Assembly: GCF_032444005.1 (NCBI RefSeq)
Contig: NC_091283.1
Location: 167,586,001 to 167,650,000, forward strand
Source: Ranitomeya imitator
Lineage: Eukaryota
Length of the DNA stretch: 64,000 nt
Direction of reading: 5' to 3'
In this document: one piece after another, positions 28,775-42,000 of the stretch
How the letters are laid out: every line of letters begins with the position of its first letter
Position numbering within the stretch: the stretch's first letter is position 1
Position numbers and translations under genes: made by a program
The notes under the pieces: model-generated
Seen by the model: the letters and a program-made list of their open reading frames with translations, nothing else
What the model was told of the DNA's origin: nothing
Database searches by the model: none

Positions 28775-30522
28775 CCTGGTGTTCACTGAAGCTTCTGATG
28801 GTGGAGACAGACTGGGCTGCAGGTAGCCTCCAGGTACTACTCCTAGGCAGCTCCTGGTACTCTGGCTGTTGCTGACACGGACTGCTTTCGGGTACATCGG
28901 TCTAGGATACTGACTCAGGGACAGCCTGCACATGGACCAGGGGATACTGTTCAGGTACTGACCACACTGGGACCTCAACTCACTAGTAGGAGAAACTACA
29001 CAGTAATATTGTTGCTTCAGTGATTTCCTAGGGGTCTGGGAACCATCTTGTAGGTGTATTCTGATACTAAATACCTTAGTTTGTGCTCACGCTGCTCCTT
29101 TAAGAATGGGGGAGCCATTGTGTGCACATACTAGGGATGCCACAAGGAAATGCAGTGTGGCTGGAGCAGTGAGTATGCCAGCGTCCCTGCATGTAGGTGG
29201 AAGGAAAACCATGCAGGAACGCTGGCCATAGTGTTACGGCTGCATTGCAGGGGGATGTATCGGGTCCTGCTTCTGCATAAAGTATCTTTAGGCCCGGAGG
29301 TTTAATTAAGATAGGTTTTTATCAGGTTCCAGTCCTGGAAGTAAGAGTTTTTTTTTTTTTTTTGGGGGGGGGGGGGTATCTTTTGTAGATAAAACACAAA
29401 CCACATATGTAAAAATCAGAAACAAAAACACTTTAATGGAGTAAAGCAGAAACAGAAATCATAATAACTACACGCATCCATGTACCACCAGATGGAGATG
29501 GCCTGAACATTAGATCGGGCAGGACCGCCATTGAAGGTCAGGGCTACACAGGGGCTTTAAAAGAAGTCCATTAAAATCAGAACAGAACACAAACAATGCA
29601 TGGAACCAAACGTGGCGAAGGAAGGATGGATGGCTGCCAGCGACCAGAGGTGATCGGGGAATACTCAGCTCCAGCCCATGAGGAACGGACAGTGATGGGA
29701 GAGGGGCCGGCCCCATAACTGCAATATACAAGAAAGAGTAAACCAAGACCCTTATTATAGCAGGGTCGGACCCCCATGAGTTGTAGGGCGAGCCAGACAG
29801 CACAGCATTAGGATATGTCATTTTTTTTCAGATGGAATCCACCTTAAAAAGCACTAAAAATAATGACCATGTGCATGAAATGACTCGCTGTGCATATTTC
29901 ATCTTCTGTCACTTTTTAACCGCCTCAAGCTTCAAAAGCAGTGCGGGGATTAAAAGACGTGACCGCTCTGTTATTCTGGGGGCTTCTGCTTAGAAATCGA
30001 CACATATAAGGAATAAAAAGAAAAAAAGACAGCTGCAGAAGACGCCAGAAAGGGCACTGCCAGCGGTCTCCTGAAGCATCTACTGCTGGAAATACAGAGC
30101 CGGCGTCTTAGATGCCACGTGCACATATACCCTTAGGGGCTCAGCATAGATCTCTGCCCTGGATGGCAAGGAGGGTCCACAAGGGATGATGTCAGCAAGG
30201 ATGTCACACATTGCAAGAGGGGAAGCCTGCAGAATCCACCACCATGGGGATCTCCTGCACCCCCTCACACATAATGTCAGAGGACATAGGGAGACACATG
30301 CTGAATTTTAAAGCCCAATAACTCCCACCCGCAGGATAACTGGCCACCAGATGTGTCTGCGGCAGCTCCACCACCCATCCCCCGCATCTGGCCATTTGCT
30401 AGCGTACGTGTGCATGGGGCGGACAGAATAGCTGTAGGGAAACCGGTGCGCTGATGACAGCCATTAAAAGTTGGCACCCTTAAAGGGATTTTCCTCCCTA
30501 AGACCAAATGTTAGTCCATATA

Positions 30523-32103
<1,581 letters not shown>

Positions 32104-32605
32104 TACATAAGATTGTTGCAGAGTGTCCGATCACTGAGACCCCCAACAATCCTGGACATGGTGGTCGAATATGCGCACTCCATTCATTGTCTATGGTACC
32201 AGGTATGGCCGTTCTGTGCTCCCCCATCTCCGGCAGCCCATAGACAATGAATCCCTATTTTCAGGATTAGTGAAAGTCCCAGCGGTCAGACCAACAGGAA
32301 TCAGCAAGTTGTCCTCTAACCTATGGCTTTGTGTGGACCCACAGGGGTGGCCGCAGTGTTTTGGGCCACCTCAGTCTTGACCGACAACTTTTCAGCCGGG
32401 TCATAATCGGTGGAGTGTGGGCTTTACTACAATTCCCATCATGCCCTGCCAGCCACCAGGAAAGGCTGGAGAGGTCGGTCAGCTTGGGATCGGCGATAAG
32501 TAGAAGTCTCTACACGGGGATCATTTCTATACTATGGTCATTGACGTGATGACCCACACAAGAACGGTCGGGGCCATTGGTCGCACTGTTCGGTCACGGC
32601 CCGGC

Positions 32606-33502
32606 TCAGTCTTCGGGCTCATACTTGCCCAATCTCCGGCGCAGCTCCTTGATCTGCTCGTTCTTGCGGCTCAGGATGTCCTTCATGTTGCGGTAGGCCG
32701 CGGTCTCCTGGAACTTCTTGTCCAGCTCCTTCTCCGCCATCAGCAGCTGCTCATTGACTCGCAGCAGCTCGTGCTTGGTCGTGGTCAGGTTCTCCTCCAG
32801 ACCCCTCTGGTTGGCTGTGTGGTCGCCCAGGGTCTTCTGGAACTCCAGCCTGAGGCTGGCCATGGTGTCCTCCAGGTGGCGGGGGTCCTCCAGGTGGCGG
32901 GGGTCCTCCAGGGAGTTGTGCTGGGCCTGGTCCTGCAGGTCTTGGAGGGCCCGCTCGGCGCTGCGCTTGTGGTCCAGGGCGGTGGTGGCCTGGCTCTCCA
33001 GGGTGCGCAGTCTGGCGCGTAGCTTGTCGTTCTCCTCCTGCAGTCGGCCGATCTGATTGTGGAGGAGGTCTGCGGAGCCGCCATCGCTCAGGGGGGCCAG
33101 TCTGGGCTTGCTGCTCTGGGGGCCCTTGGCTGAGGGCCCCAGCTCCTGGCTCTTCTCCAGCTCGGCCACCTGCTCCAGCAGCTGGCGGTTCTCCAGCTCG
33201 GAGATGTCGGTGTGCAGCCGCAAGTGCCAGTGCTGGGCCTGGGAGAAGAGCTGCTGCAGCAGCAGCACATTGGTGTGCGCAGAGTTGATGAGCTCCAGCT
33301 CCAGCTCGCTCAGCACCACCGCCTGCAGGCCGCTCAGCAGCTCGGACACCTCCTCCGCCGTGTACGTGTCCTCCACCAGCCGGCTCTCCCGCACGTCCTG
33401 GAAGCAGGACGCCACACTCTTCAGCCGCAGCAGCCGCTTACACTGCGCGAACCGCATGTAGCTGAGAACCTCTCCGCGGTGGTGCTCACCCAGCTCCGCC
33501 AT
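32606..33502 (-). CDS. LZTFL1: Leucine zipper transcription factor-like 1 (BBS17) homolog, single exon, 298 aa
   Basis: Uninterrupted ORF MAELGEHH..YMRF..SCFQD..SRLVEDT..DISELENR..LQEENDKL..KELDKKFQETAAYRNMKDIL..KYEPED*, collinear with vertebrate LZTFL1 as recalled. No introns, stops or frameshifts. Confidence 0.93.
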   Translation of the reverse strand: MAELGEHHRGEVLSYMRFAQCKRLLRLKSVASCFQDVRESRLVEDTYTAEEVSELLSGLQAVVLSELELELINSAHTNVLLLQQLFSQAQHWHLRLHTDISELENRQLLEQVAELEKSQELGPSAKGPQSSKPRLAPLSDGGSADLLHNQIGRLQEENDKLRARLRTLESQATTALDHKRSAERALQDLQDQAQHNSLEDPRHLEDPRHLEDTMASLRLEFQKTLGDHTANQRGLEENLTTTKHELLRVNEQLLMAEKELDKKFQETAAYRNMKDILSRKNEQIKELRRRLGKYEPED

Positions 33503-33800
33503 CTTCGCCTGCCCCGCAACGTTTCCATAGTTACCTATGCTGTCACTCGCCTTTTATAGAAACTGCTGCCCAAAGTAAAGATGGCGCCTAAAGTTACTAA
33601 TCTGATTGGCTAAGCAGTCACGGTGGGCGTGGATTGGTCTAGCGAGTTGTAAGTCCCGCCCCTTTAAGCGACTCTCTATACAGCTTTTTATTGGTTAACA
33701 TTTGCCAACGGTAAGAGCCTCCGTAATGCTGATTGGTAGATTATGACAAGAGCCCGCCTCTTCCGGTGTTTTCGGAGTCTCCTCTCGGGGCAGAACCAAT
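33503..33800. promoter_or_regulatory. LZTFL1/NDUFB11 bidirectional promoter
   Basis: 298 bp between divergent ATGs. X-box at 33521-33534, YY1-like AAGATGGCG at 33578-33586, ATTGG at 33605, 33633, 33690 and 33732, CCAAT at 33796. Confidence 0.75.
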
Positions 33801-36188
33801 ATGGCGATGCCCTTGTGTCTGCGGGCGCTGAGGCTGTCCGGGGCTACGCGGCTCCTGAGGACGGCCCCGGTATACAGACTTCATACTGGTCCTCGGGCTG
33901 AGGCCACAACCCCGGTCACGGTCAGTCATGGCAGCCAGTCCAAACACGAGCACGACGACCATGACGAGTTCAATATGTACGACAAGGTAACGTCGCTGCG
34001 CCCCCTACTGGTGGTCATAGGGAGTCATAGTAGTGACCAATCAGATTTCAGCTTTCATCTGTATCGCCCAACCTGAGAAATCGAAGCTGAAATGTGATTG
34101 GTGGCTGCTGGGATAGCGCCTCCTTGTGTCAGTGTGTGGTATTATGGATGAGGCTGGGAGTGAGGCGCCTGCAGGAGTATTACAGGATCATGGCTGTTCA
34201 CATCTCACAGTGCCACAATATCGACGTTTGTTACAAGAAGTGGAAATATGTCCATAGAATATGTTTAAATACTCTTCAATGGGAGAAAAAAAAGCCCAAG
34301 CCGCCACGTCCTTAAAATGCTACACAGCAAGGACAAAAATGTCCCCATCAATAAGGGGTGGTCAGGTAGTGGAAAATTCCTTCCAGGGGTTAAAATGTGT
34401 CCACTAATAAATGTCCTGAGGGTCATTCACATGTCCTGTTATTTCCGGTACCGGAGATGACCATGTGTTTCATACATGTGGCAACTGTGTGACGCATACG
34501 TTTAGCACATGTACCAGCGCCTGAGAAAAGCCCACAGTTTCCACTGACAATCAATGATACTGTTTGCGCTGTTCCCCGGCGCCGGGTGCTGAAGACCGCT
34601 CAGATCATTGTCGCCTGCTCTCCCTACAATCTGCGCTAGCAGGGGATGATGTTGAGTTGTAGTCAAGTGTAAGAATAAAATAAAAAAAAAATCACATTAT
34701 ACTCACTTTAACACCTAATCCTTTGAAGCCAATGTCCTCTGTAAAATAAAAAATTACCCATATCCCTCACCTGTCCGAAGTTGAAAGAATCCACAGTGTT
34801 CACGCGAACATTTGTTCATCAGCATGAGTGGTAGCCAGAGTCAACTGCTCACGCTGAGGAGGATGATTTGCTGCAGTAAGTGTGGACCTCATGGTGAACT
34901 GTGATGATTTCACTGAGGTCACCGCTACCACAATGAGAAAGTCTCACGGTGCAGCTCTGAGTTCACCGTGAGATATTCTCACTGAGGTCACTGCAGTTCA
35001 GCAGCCCAGCTGGGAACTCAGCCTCAGTGACCTGCGGTAACCTCAATGACATCACAGCTGCTCACTAATGCTGCACTCGCAGCATCTTGTTCACCAGTAG
35101 TTTTCCGCCTGGACAGTCGCATCTTGGCACCGTCCAGGTTGAAAATCATTTATCGCAGACATGGATTACAGCGTGGGACAGAACGACTGACAGGTGAGGG
35201 GTATTGTTGTTTTTTTATTTGTTTGAAGGACAATGGCTTCAGAGAATTAGGTGTCGAGTTGAGATGTGACTATTTTATTTCTTTTTTTCTTAATGTTACA
35301 CTTGAATATACCTCTCATCATTCTCCCCTGCTAGCGCTGATCGCAGGGGAGAATGATGAGAGCCGTCTTCAGCACCCGGCGCCGGGGAACAGCAGTAACA
35401 GTACCACTGATTTCCAGGCGCTGGTTTGTGTTACACTGATGACATCAATGTGCATGTATGCGGGACACTTTGCGGCTCATGCTGCTGTTTAAAAACGGGC
35501 GTGTCAGCGTGTTCTGCCCACAGACACACAGTCAGTGGAAACACTGCCATGTGCACAGACCCATTCACTTGAGTGGATCTACATGTGTAAGTGTCTCCGG
35601 AACGTGAGAAAACTGTCATTATACGTACTGGAGACATGGACATATGGAAGAGGCCTGAGAAACAATTTACGCTGCCATAATAAAGCCTATATGGATCCTA
35701 CAGACGACTGGCCTAGAGGAATCGTGAGAACATTCCTTTTCTGTGCTGCGTATTTGGTCATGTGATCTTTCTTAACCAATTAGCTGAGTATTATTTTACA
35801 TGGCTTTCCTTTAAAGGGATTTTTCGGGACTTAGCCATAGTATAAGGATTATTATAATAAACCTTTGAATCCCTCTATGCTCTAGTGAGGCTAAAAGTGA
35901 TCATAATTTATAAGCCACCTGACCCACTAGGGCAAAATTAATGAGGTCCTAATTTACAAACTGTAATATAGGCCATACAGGCAGATCAAAGATGCATGAC
36001 CTGGAATGAAAATTATAAAATGTTTTCCTCCAGCCACTACGGGGAGCTTAGTATATACAGATTTATACAGCCACTACTAGGGGGCACTAACTTCATATGG
36101 ATTTATGCAGCCACCACTATTGAAAACTCACTACATATGGATTTATACTGTTACCACTAGGAGGAGCTCGCTACAAATAATATTATTA

Positions 36189-36219
<31 letters not shown>

Positions 36220-38995
36220 TAGCGCCAACATATTCCGCAGCGCTTTACAGTTTTACAGCTTCAATCACAACACTCATAAGTAACAATGTTAACAATACAA
36301 TAATTAACCCCTTTACCCCCAAGGGTGGTTTGCACGTCAATGACCAGGCCAATTTTTACAATTCTGACCACTGTCCCTTTATGAGGTTATAACTCTGGAA
36401 CGCTTCAACGGATCCCGGTGATTCTGACACTGTTTTCTCGTGACATATTGTACTTCATGATAGTGGTAAAATTTCTTTGATAATACCTGCTTTATTTGTG
36501 AAAAAAACGGAAATTTGGCGAAAATTTTGAAAATTTCGCAATTTTCCAACTTTTAATTTTTGTGCAATTAAATCAGAGATATGTCAAACAAAATACTTAA
36601 CAAGTAACATTTCCCACATGTCTCCTTTACATCAGCACAATATTGTAACCAAAAAATTTTTTTGTTAGGGAGTTGTAAGGGTTAAACGTTGACCAGCAAT
36701 TTCTCATTTTTACAACACCATTTTTTTTTAGGGACCACATCTCATTTGAAGTCATTTTGAGGGGTCTATATGATAGAAAATACCCAAGTGTGACACCATT
36801 CTAAAAACTGCACCCTTCAAGATGCTCAAAACCACATTCAAGAAGTTTATTAACCCTTCAGGTGTCACAGGAATTTTTGGAATGTTTAAATAAAAATGAA
36901 CATTTAACTTTTTTTCACAAAAAATTTACTTCAGCTCCAATTTGTTTTATTTTACCAAGGGTAACAGGAGAAAATGGACCCTAAAAGTTGTTGTACAATT
37001 TGTCCTGAGTACACCGATACCCCCTATGTGGGGGTAAACAACTGTTTGGGCGCATGGTAGAGCTCGGAAAGGAAGGAGCACTGTTTGACTTTTCAATGCA
37101 AAATTGACAGGAATTGAGATGGGACGCCATGTTGCGTTTGGAGAGCCACTGATGTGCCTAAACATTGAAACCCCCTACAAGTGACACCATTTTGGAAAGT
37201 AGACCCCCCAAGGAACTTATCTGGATGTGTGGTGAGCACTTTGACCCACCAAGGGCTTCACAGAAGTTTATAATGCAGAGCCATAAAAATAAAACAACAT
37301 TTTTTTCCCACAAAAATTATTTTTTAGCTCCAGTTTTGTATTTTCCCAAGGGTAACAGGAGAAACTGGACCCCAAAAGTTGTTGTCCAATTTGTCCTGAG
37401 TACGTTGATACCCCATATGTGGGGGGGGAACCACCGTTTGGGCGCATGGGAGGGCTCGGAAGGGAAGGAGCGCCATTTGGAATGCAGACTTAGATGGATT
37501 GGTCTGCAGGCGTCACATTGCGTTTGCAGAACCCCTAATGTACCTAAACAGTAGAAACACCCCACAAGTGACCCCATATTGGAAACTAGACCCCCCAGGG
37601 AACTTATCTAGATGTGTTGTGAGAACTTTGAACCCCCAAGTGTTTCACTACAGTTTATAACGCAGAGCCGTGAAAATAAAAAATCCTTTTTTTTCCCTCA
37701 AAAATAATTTTTTAGGCCCCAGTTTTGTATTTTCCCAAGGGTAACAGGAGAAATTGGACCCCAAAATTTGTTGTCCAATTTGTCCTGAGTACGCTGATAC
37801 CCGATATGTTGGGGTAAACCCCTGTTTGGGCACACGAGAGAGCCCAAACAAGGGAAGGAGCACTGTTTTACTTTTTCAACGCAGAATTGGCTGGAATTGA
37901 GATTGGACACCATGTCGCGTTTGGAGAGCCCCTGATGTGCTTAAACAGTGGAAACCCCCTAATTATAACTGAAACCCTAATCCAAACACACCCCTAACCC
38001 TAATCCCAACGGTAACCCTAACCACACCTCTAACCCAGACACACCCCTAACCCTAATCCCAACCCTATTCCCAACCGTAAATGTAATCCTAACCCTAACT
38101 TTAGCCCCAACCCTAACCCTAACTTTAGCCCCAACCCTAACCCTAGCCCTAGTCCTAATGGGAAAATGGAAATAAATACATTTTTTTTAATTTTTCCCTA
38201 ACTAAGGGGGTGATGAAGGGGGGTTTGATTTACTTTTATAGCGGGTTTTTTAGCGGATTTTTATGATTAGCAGCCGTCACACACTGAAAGACGCTTTTTA
38301 TTGCAAAAAATATTTTTTGCGTTACCACATTTTGAGAGCTATAATTTTTCCATATTTGAGTCCACAGAGTCATGTGAGGTCTTGTTTTTTGCGTGATGAG
38401 TTGACGTTTTTATTGGTAACATTTTCGGGCAGATGACATTTTTTGATCGCTTTTTATTCCGATTTTTGTGAGGCAGAATGACCGAAAACCAGCTATTCAT
38501 GAATTTCTTTTGGGTGAGGCGTTTATACCGTTCCGCGTTTGGTAAAATTGATAAAGCAGTTTTATTCTTCGGGTCAGTACGATTACAGCGACACCTCATT
38601 TATATTATTTTTTTATGTTTTGGCGCTTTTATACAATAAAAACTATTTTATAGAAAAAAAATTATTTTGACATCGCTTTATTCTGAGGACTATAACTTTT
38701 TTATTTTTTTGCTGATGATGCTGTATGGCGGCTCTTCTTTTGCGGGACAAGATGACGCTTTCAGCGGTATCATGGTTATTTATATCTGTCTTTTTGATCG
38801 CATGTTATTCCACTTTTTGTTCGGCGGTATGATAAAGCGTTGTTTTTTGCCTCGTTTTTTTTTTTCTTACAGTGTTTACTGAAGGGGTTAATTAGTGGGC
38901 CAGTTTTATAGGTTGGGTCGTGACGGACGCGGCGATACTAAATATGTGTACTTTTATTGTTTTGTTTTTTTTATTTAAAGAAATGTATTTATGGG

Positions 38996-39056
<61 letters not shown>

Positions 39057-42000
39057 CATTATGTAGAATTTTTCATTTTTATTTTTTTACACATTTGGAA
39101 TTTTTTTTTTTTTACTTTGTCCCAGGGGGGACATCACAGATCGGTGATCTGACAGTTTGCACAGCACTCTGTCAGATCACCGATCTGACTTGCAGCACTG
39201 CAGGCTTCACAGTGCCTGCTCTAAGCAGGCTCTGTGAAGCCACCTCCCTCCCTGCAGGACCCGGATGCCGCGGCCATCTTGGATCCGGGCCTGGAGCAGG
39301 GAGGGAGGTAGGAGACCCTCGCAGCAACGCGATCACATCGCGTTGCTGTGGGGGGCTCAGGGAAGCCCCCTCCCTGCGCGACGCTTCCCTGCACCGTCGG
39401 CACACCGCGATCATGTTTGATCGTGGTGTTCCGGGGGTTAATGTTGCGGGGACGGTCCGTGACCGCTCCTGGCACATTGTGCCGGATGTCAGCTGCGATA
39501 GGCAGCTGACACCCGGCCGCGCTCCCCCCGTGAGTGCGGCCGATCGCTATGACGTACTATCCCGTCGAGGGTCAGATAGGCCCAGGGCACCTCGATGGGA
39601 TAGTACGTCTAAGGTCAGAGAGGGGTTAAAGTAACACAAGACGACCCTGCTTGTGAGAGCTTACAATCTACAATGAGGTGGGGAAATACAAAGTACAGGT
39701 GTGTATTTACAATGATGTATTTACAATGATGGTCCAGCCATCGTCAGGGAGTGGGGGATAGGTGGAGATAGTCAATGGGCTACACACAAACAAAATAACT
39801 GATTAGGGAACATGATAGGCCGCTCTGAACAAATGTGTTTTGAGGAAGCGCCTAAAACTATGCAAATTGTGGATGGTCCTAATATCTTGGGGTAGAGCAT
39901 TCCAGAGGATTGGTGCAGCACGGGAGAAGTCTTGGAGTCGGGAGTGGGAGGTACGGATTAGTGCAGAGGTTAGTCGAAAGTCATTTGCAGAGCGCAGCAG
40001 TCGGCTAGGCCGATAGACCAAAATGAGGGAGGAGATGTAAGGGGGTGCTACACTCTGGAGAGCTTTGTGGGTGAGAACAAGTACTTTGAATTGTATCCTG
40101 TAATGAATGGGCAGCCAGTGTAATGACTGGCGAAGAGCGGACGCGTCCAAGTAACGATTAGCCAGATGGACAACCCTGACTGCCGCATTAAGGATGGACT
40201 GGAGAGGGGAAAGTCGAGTGAGGGGGAGGCCAATTAGTAGAGCATTACAGTAGTCCAGACGGGAGTTGATCAGGGCGACAGTGAGGGTTTTTGTTGTGTT
40301 CATGGTGAGAAAAGGGCGGATTCTAGAGATGTTCTTTAGGTGTAAGCGGCAGGAGCGGGCAAGAGATTGTATATGGGATGTGAAGGAGAGATCGGAGTCA
40401 AACATAACACCCAGACAGCGCGCCTGCTGCCGCGGTTTTATTATGGTGCCACCCACGGAGAGGGAAATGTCAGATTTAGGGAGGTTAGTAGATGGCGGGA
40501 GCAGAAGAAGTTCAGTTTTGGAGAGGTTGAGTTTCAGAGCAGACATGATGTTGGAGACTGCAGACAGTCAGTGGCGTTCTGTAGTACAGCGGGGGTAAGG
40601 TCAGGGGCTGACGTGTATAGTTGTGTGTCATCAGCATAAAGATGGTACTGAAAGCCAAATCTGCTGATGGTCTGTCCAATTGGGGCTGTGTAGAGGGAGA
40701 AGAGAAGGGGGCCAAGGACTGAGCCCTGAGGTACCCCGACAGCGAGAGGAAGAGGAGATGAAGTGGAGCCAGAGAACAGAACACTGAAGGAGCGGTCAGA
40801 AAGGTAGGAGGAGAACCAGGACAGAGCAGTGCCCTTAATGCCTAGTGACTGGAGCCTAGAGAGTAGGAGAGGGTGGTCAACAGTGTCAAAAGCTGCAGAA
40901 AGGTCGAGAAGAATGAGCAGAGAGTGGTCACCGTTACATTTTGCTGTCAGAAGGTCATTGGTCACTTTGATGAGTGCAGTTTCTGTCGAATGTAGGGGGC
41001 GGAAACCGGACTGTGAAGGGTCTAGGAGGGAGTGAATGGAGAGGTAACGGGTAAGGCGGGAGTAGATCAGGCGCTCCAAGAGTTTAGAGATGAAGGGGAG
41101 ATTGGAGACTGGTCTGTAGTTGTTTGTGCAGGATGGGTCGAGGGTGGGTTTCTTTAGTAACGGAGTAATGATAGAGTGTTTGAAGGAGGACGGGAAAATG
41201 CCTGAGGAGAGTGAGAGATTAAAGATTGTAGTTAGGTGAGTAGTGACGACTGGAGAGAGAGACTGGAGGAGATGAGAGGGAATGGGGTCGGTAGAGTATG
41301 TAGTCGGACGAGAAGAAGAGAGGAGCCTGGAGACTTCTTCTGTGATAGGATCGAATATGGAGAGTGAGCCAGGGGAAATGCAGGGAGGGATGGGAGTCAC
41401 TGAACTTGGTGATTGGGAGTGGATTTCCTGACGGATATTGTCTATTTACTGTATAAAGTGGGAAGCCAGGTCATCAGCACAAATGTCTGTGATAGGGTCT
41501 TGAGCTTTTGGCCTGAGGAGGGAGTGAAAGGTGTCAAAAAGTTTCTTGGGGTTATTGGATAGTGAGGAGATCAGGATGGTGAAGTAGGTCTGTTTGGCGA
41601 GGTGAAGGGAAGAGTTATAGGTGCTTAACATAAATTTGAAGTGTATGAAGTCTTCTGGTGTGTGAATTTTCCTCCATAAGCGTTCAGCACACCTAGAGCA
41701 TCACTGGAGAAATCGGGTTTGCGAGGTGAGCCAAGGCTGTTTTACTCTGTGTTTGGGGGTTCTGAGGGTGAGGGGAGCTACTTGGTCTAGGGTGCTTCCA
41801 AGAGTGTCATTGAGGTGATGTACGGCCAGATCAGGACAGGAAAAAGAAGAGATTGGGGACAATGATGAGTGTAAGGAGTCTGAAAGTGTATGAGGGCTAA
41901 TGGCATGTAGATTTCTGACTGAATGGTAGGTAGGAGGGTGCTGGGGTGAGCAAGGATTTGTGAGTGTGAAAGAGAGAATGTTGTGGTCAGAGAGGGGAAG

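Noticed and set aside
32534-33559. Long plus-strand and alternate-frame ORFs over LZTFL1
   Set aside because: Shadow ORFs expected from very high GC3; no independent features.
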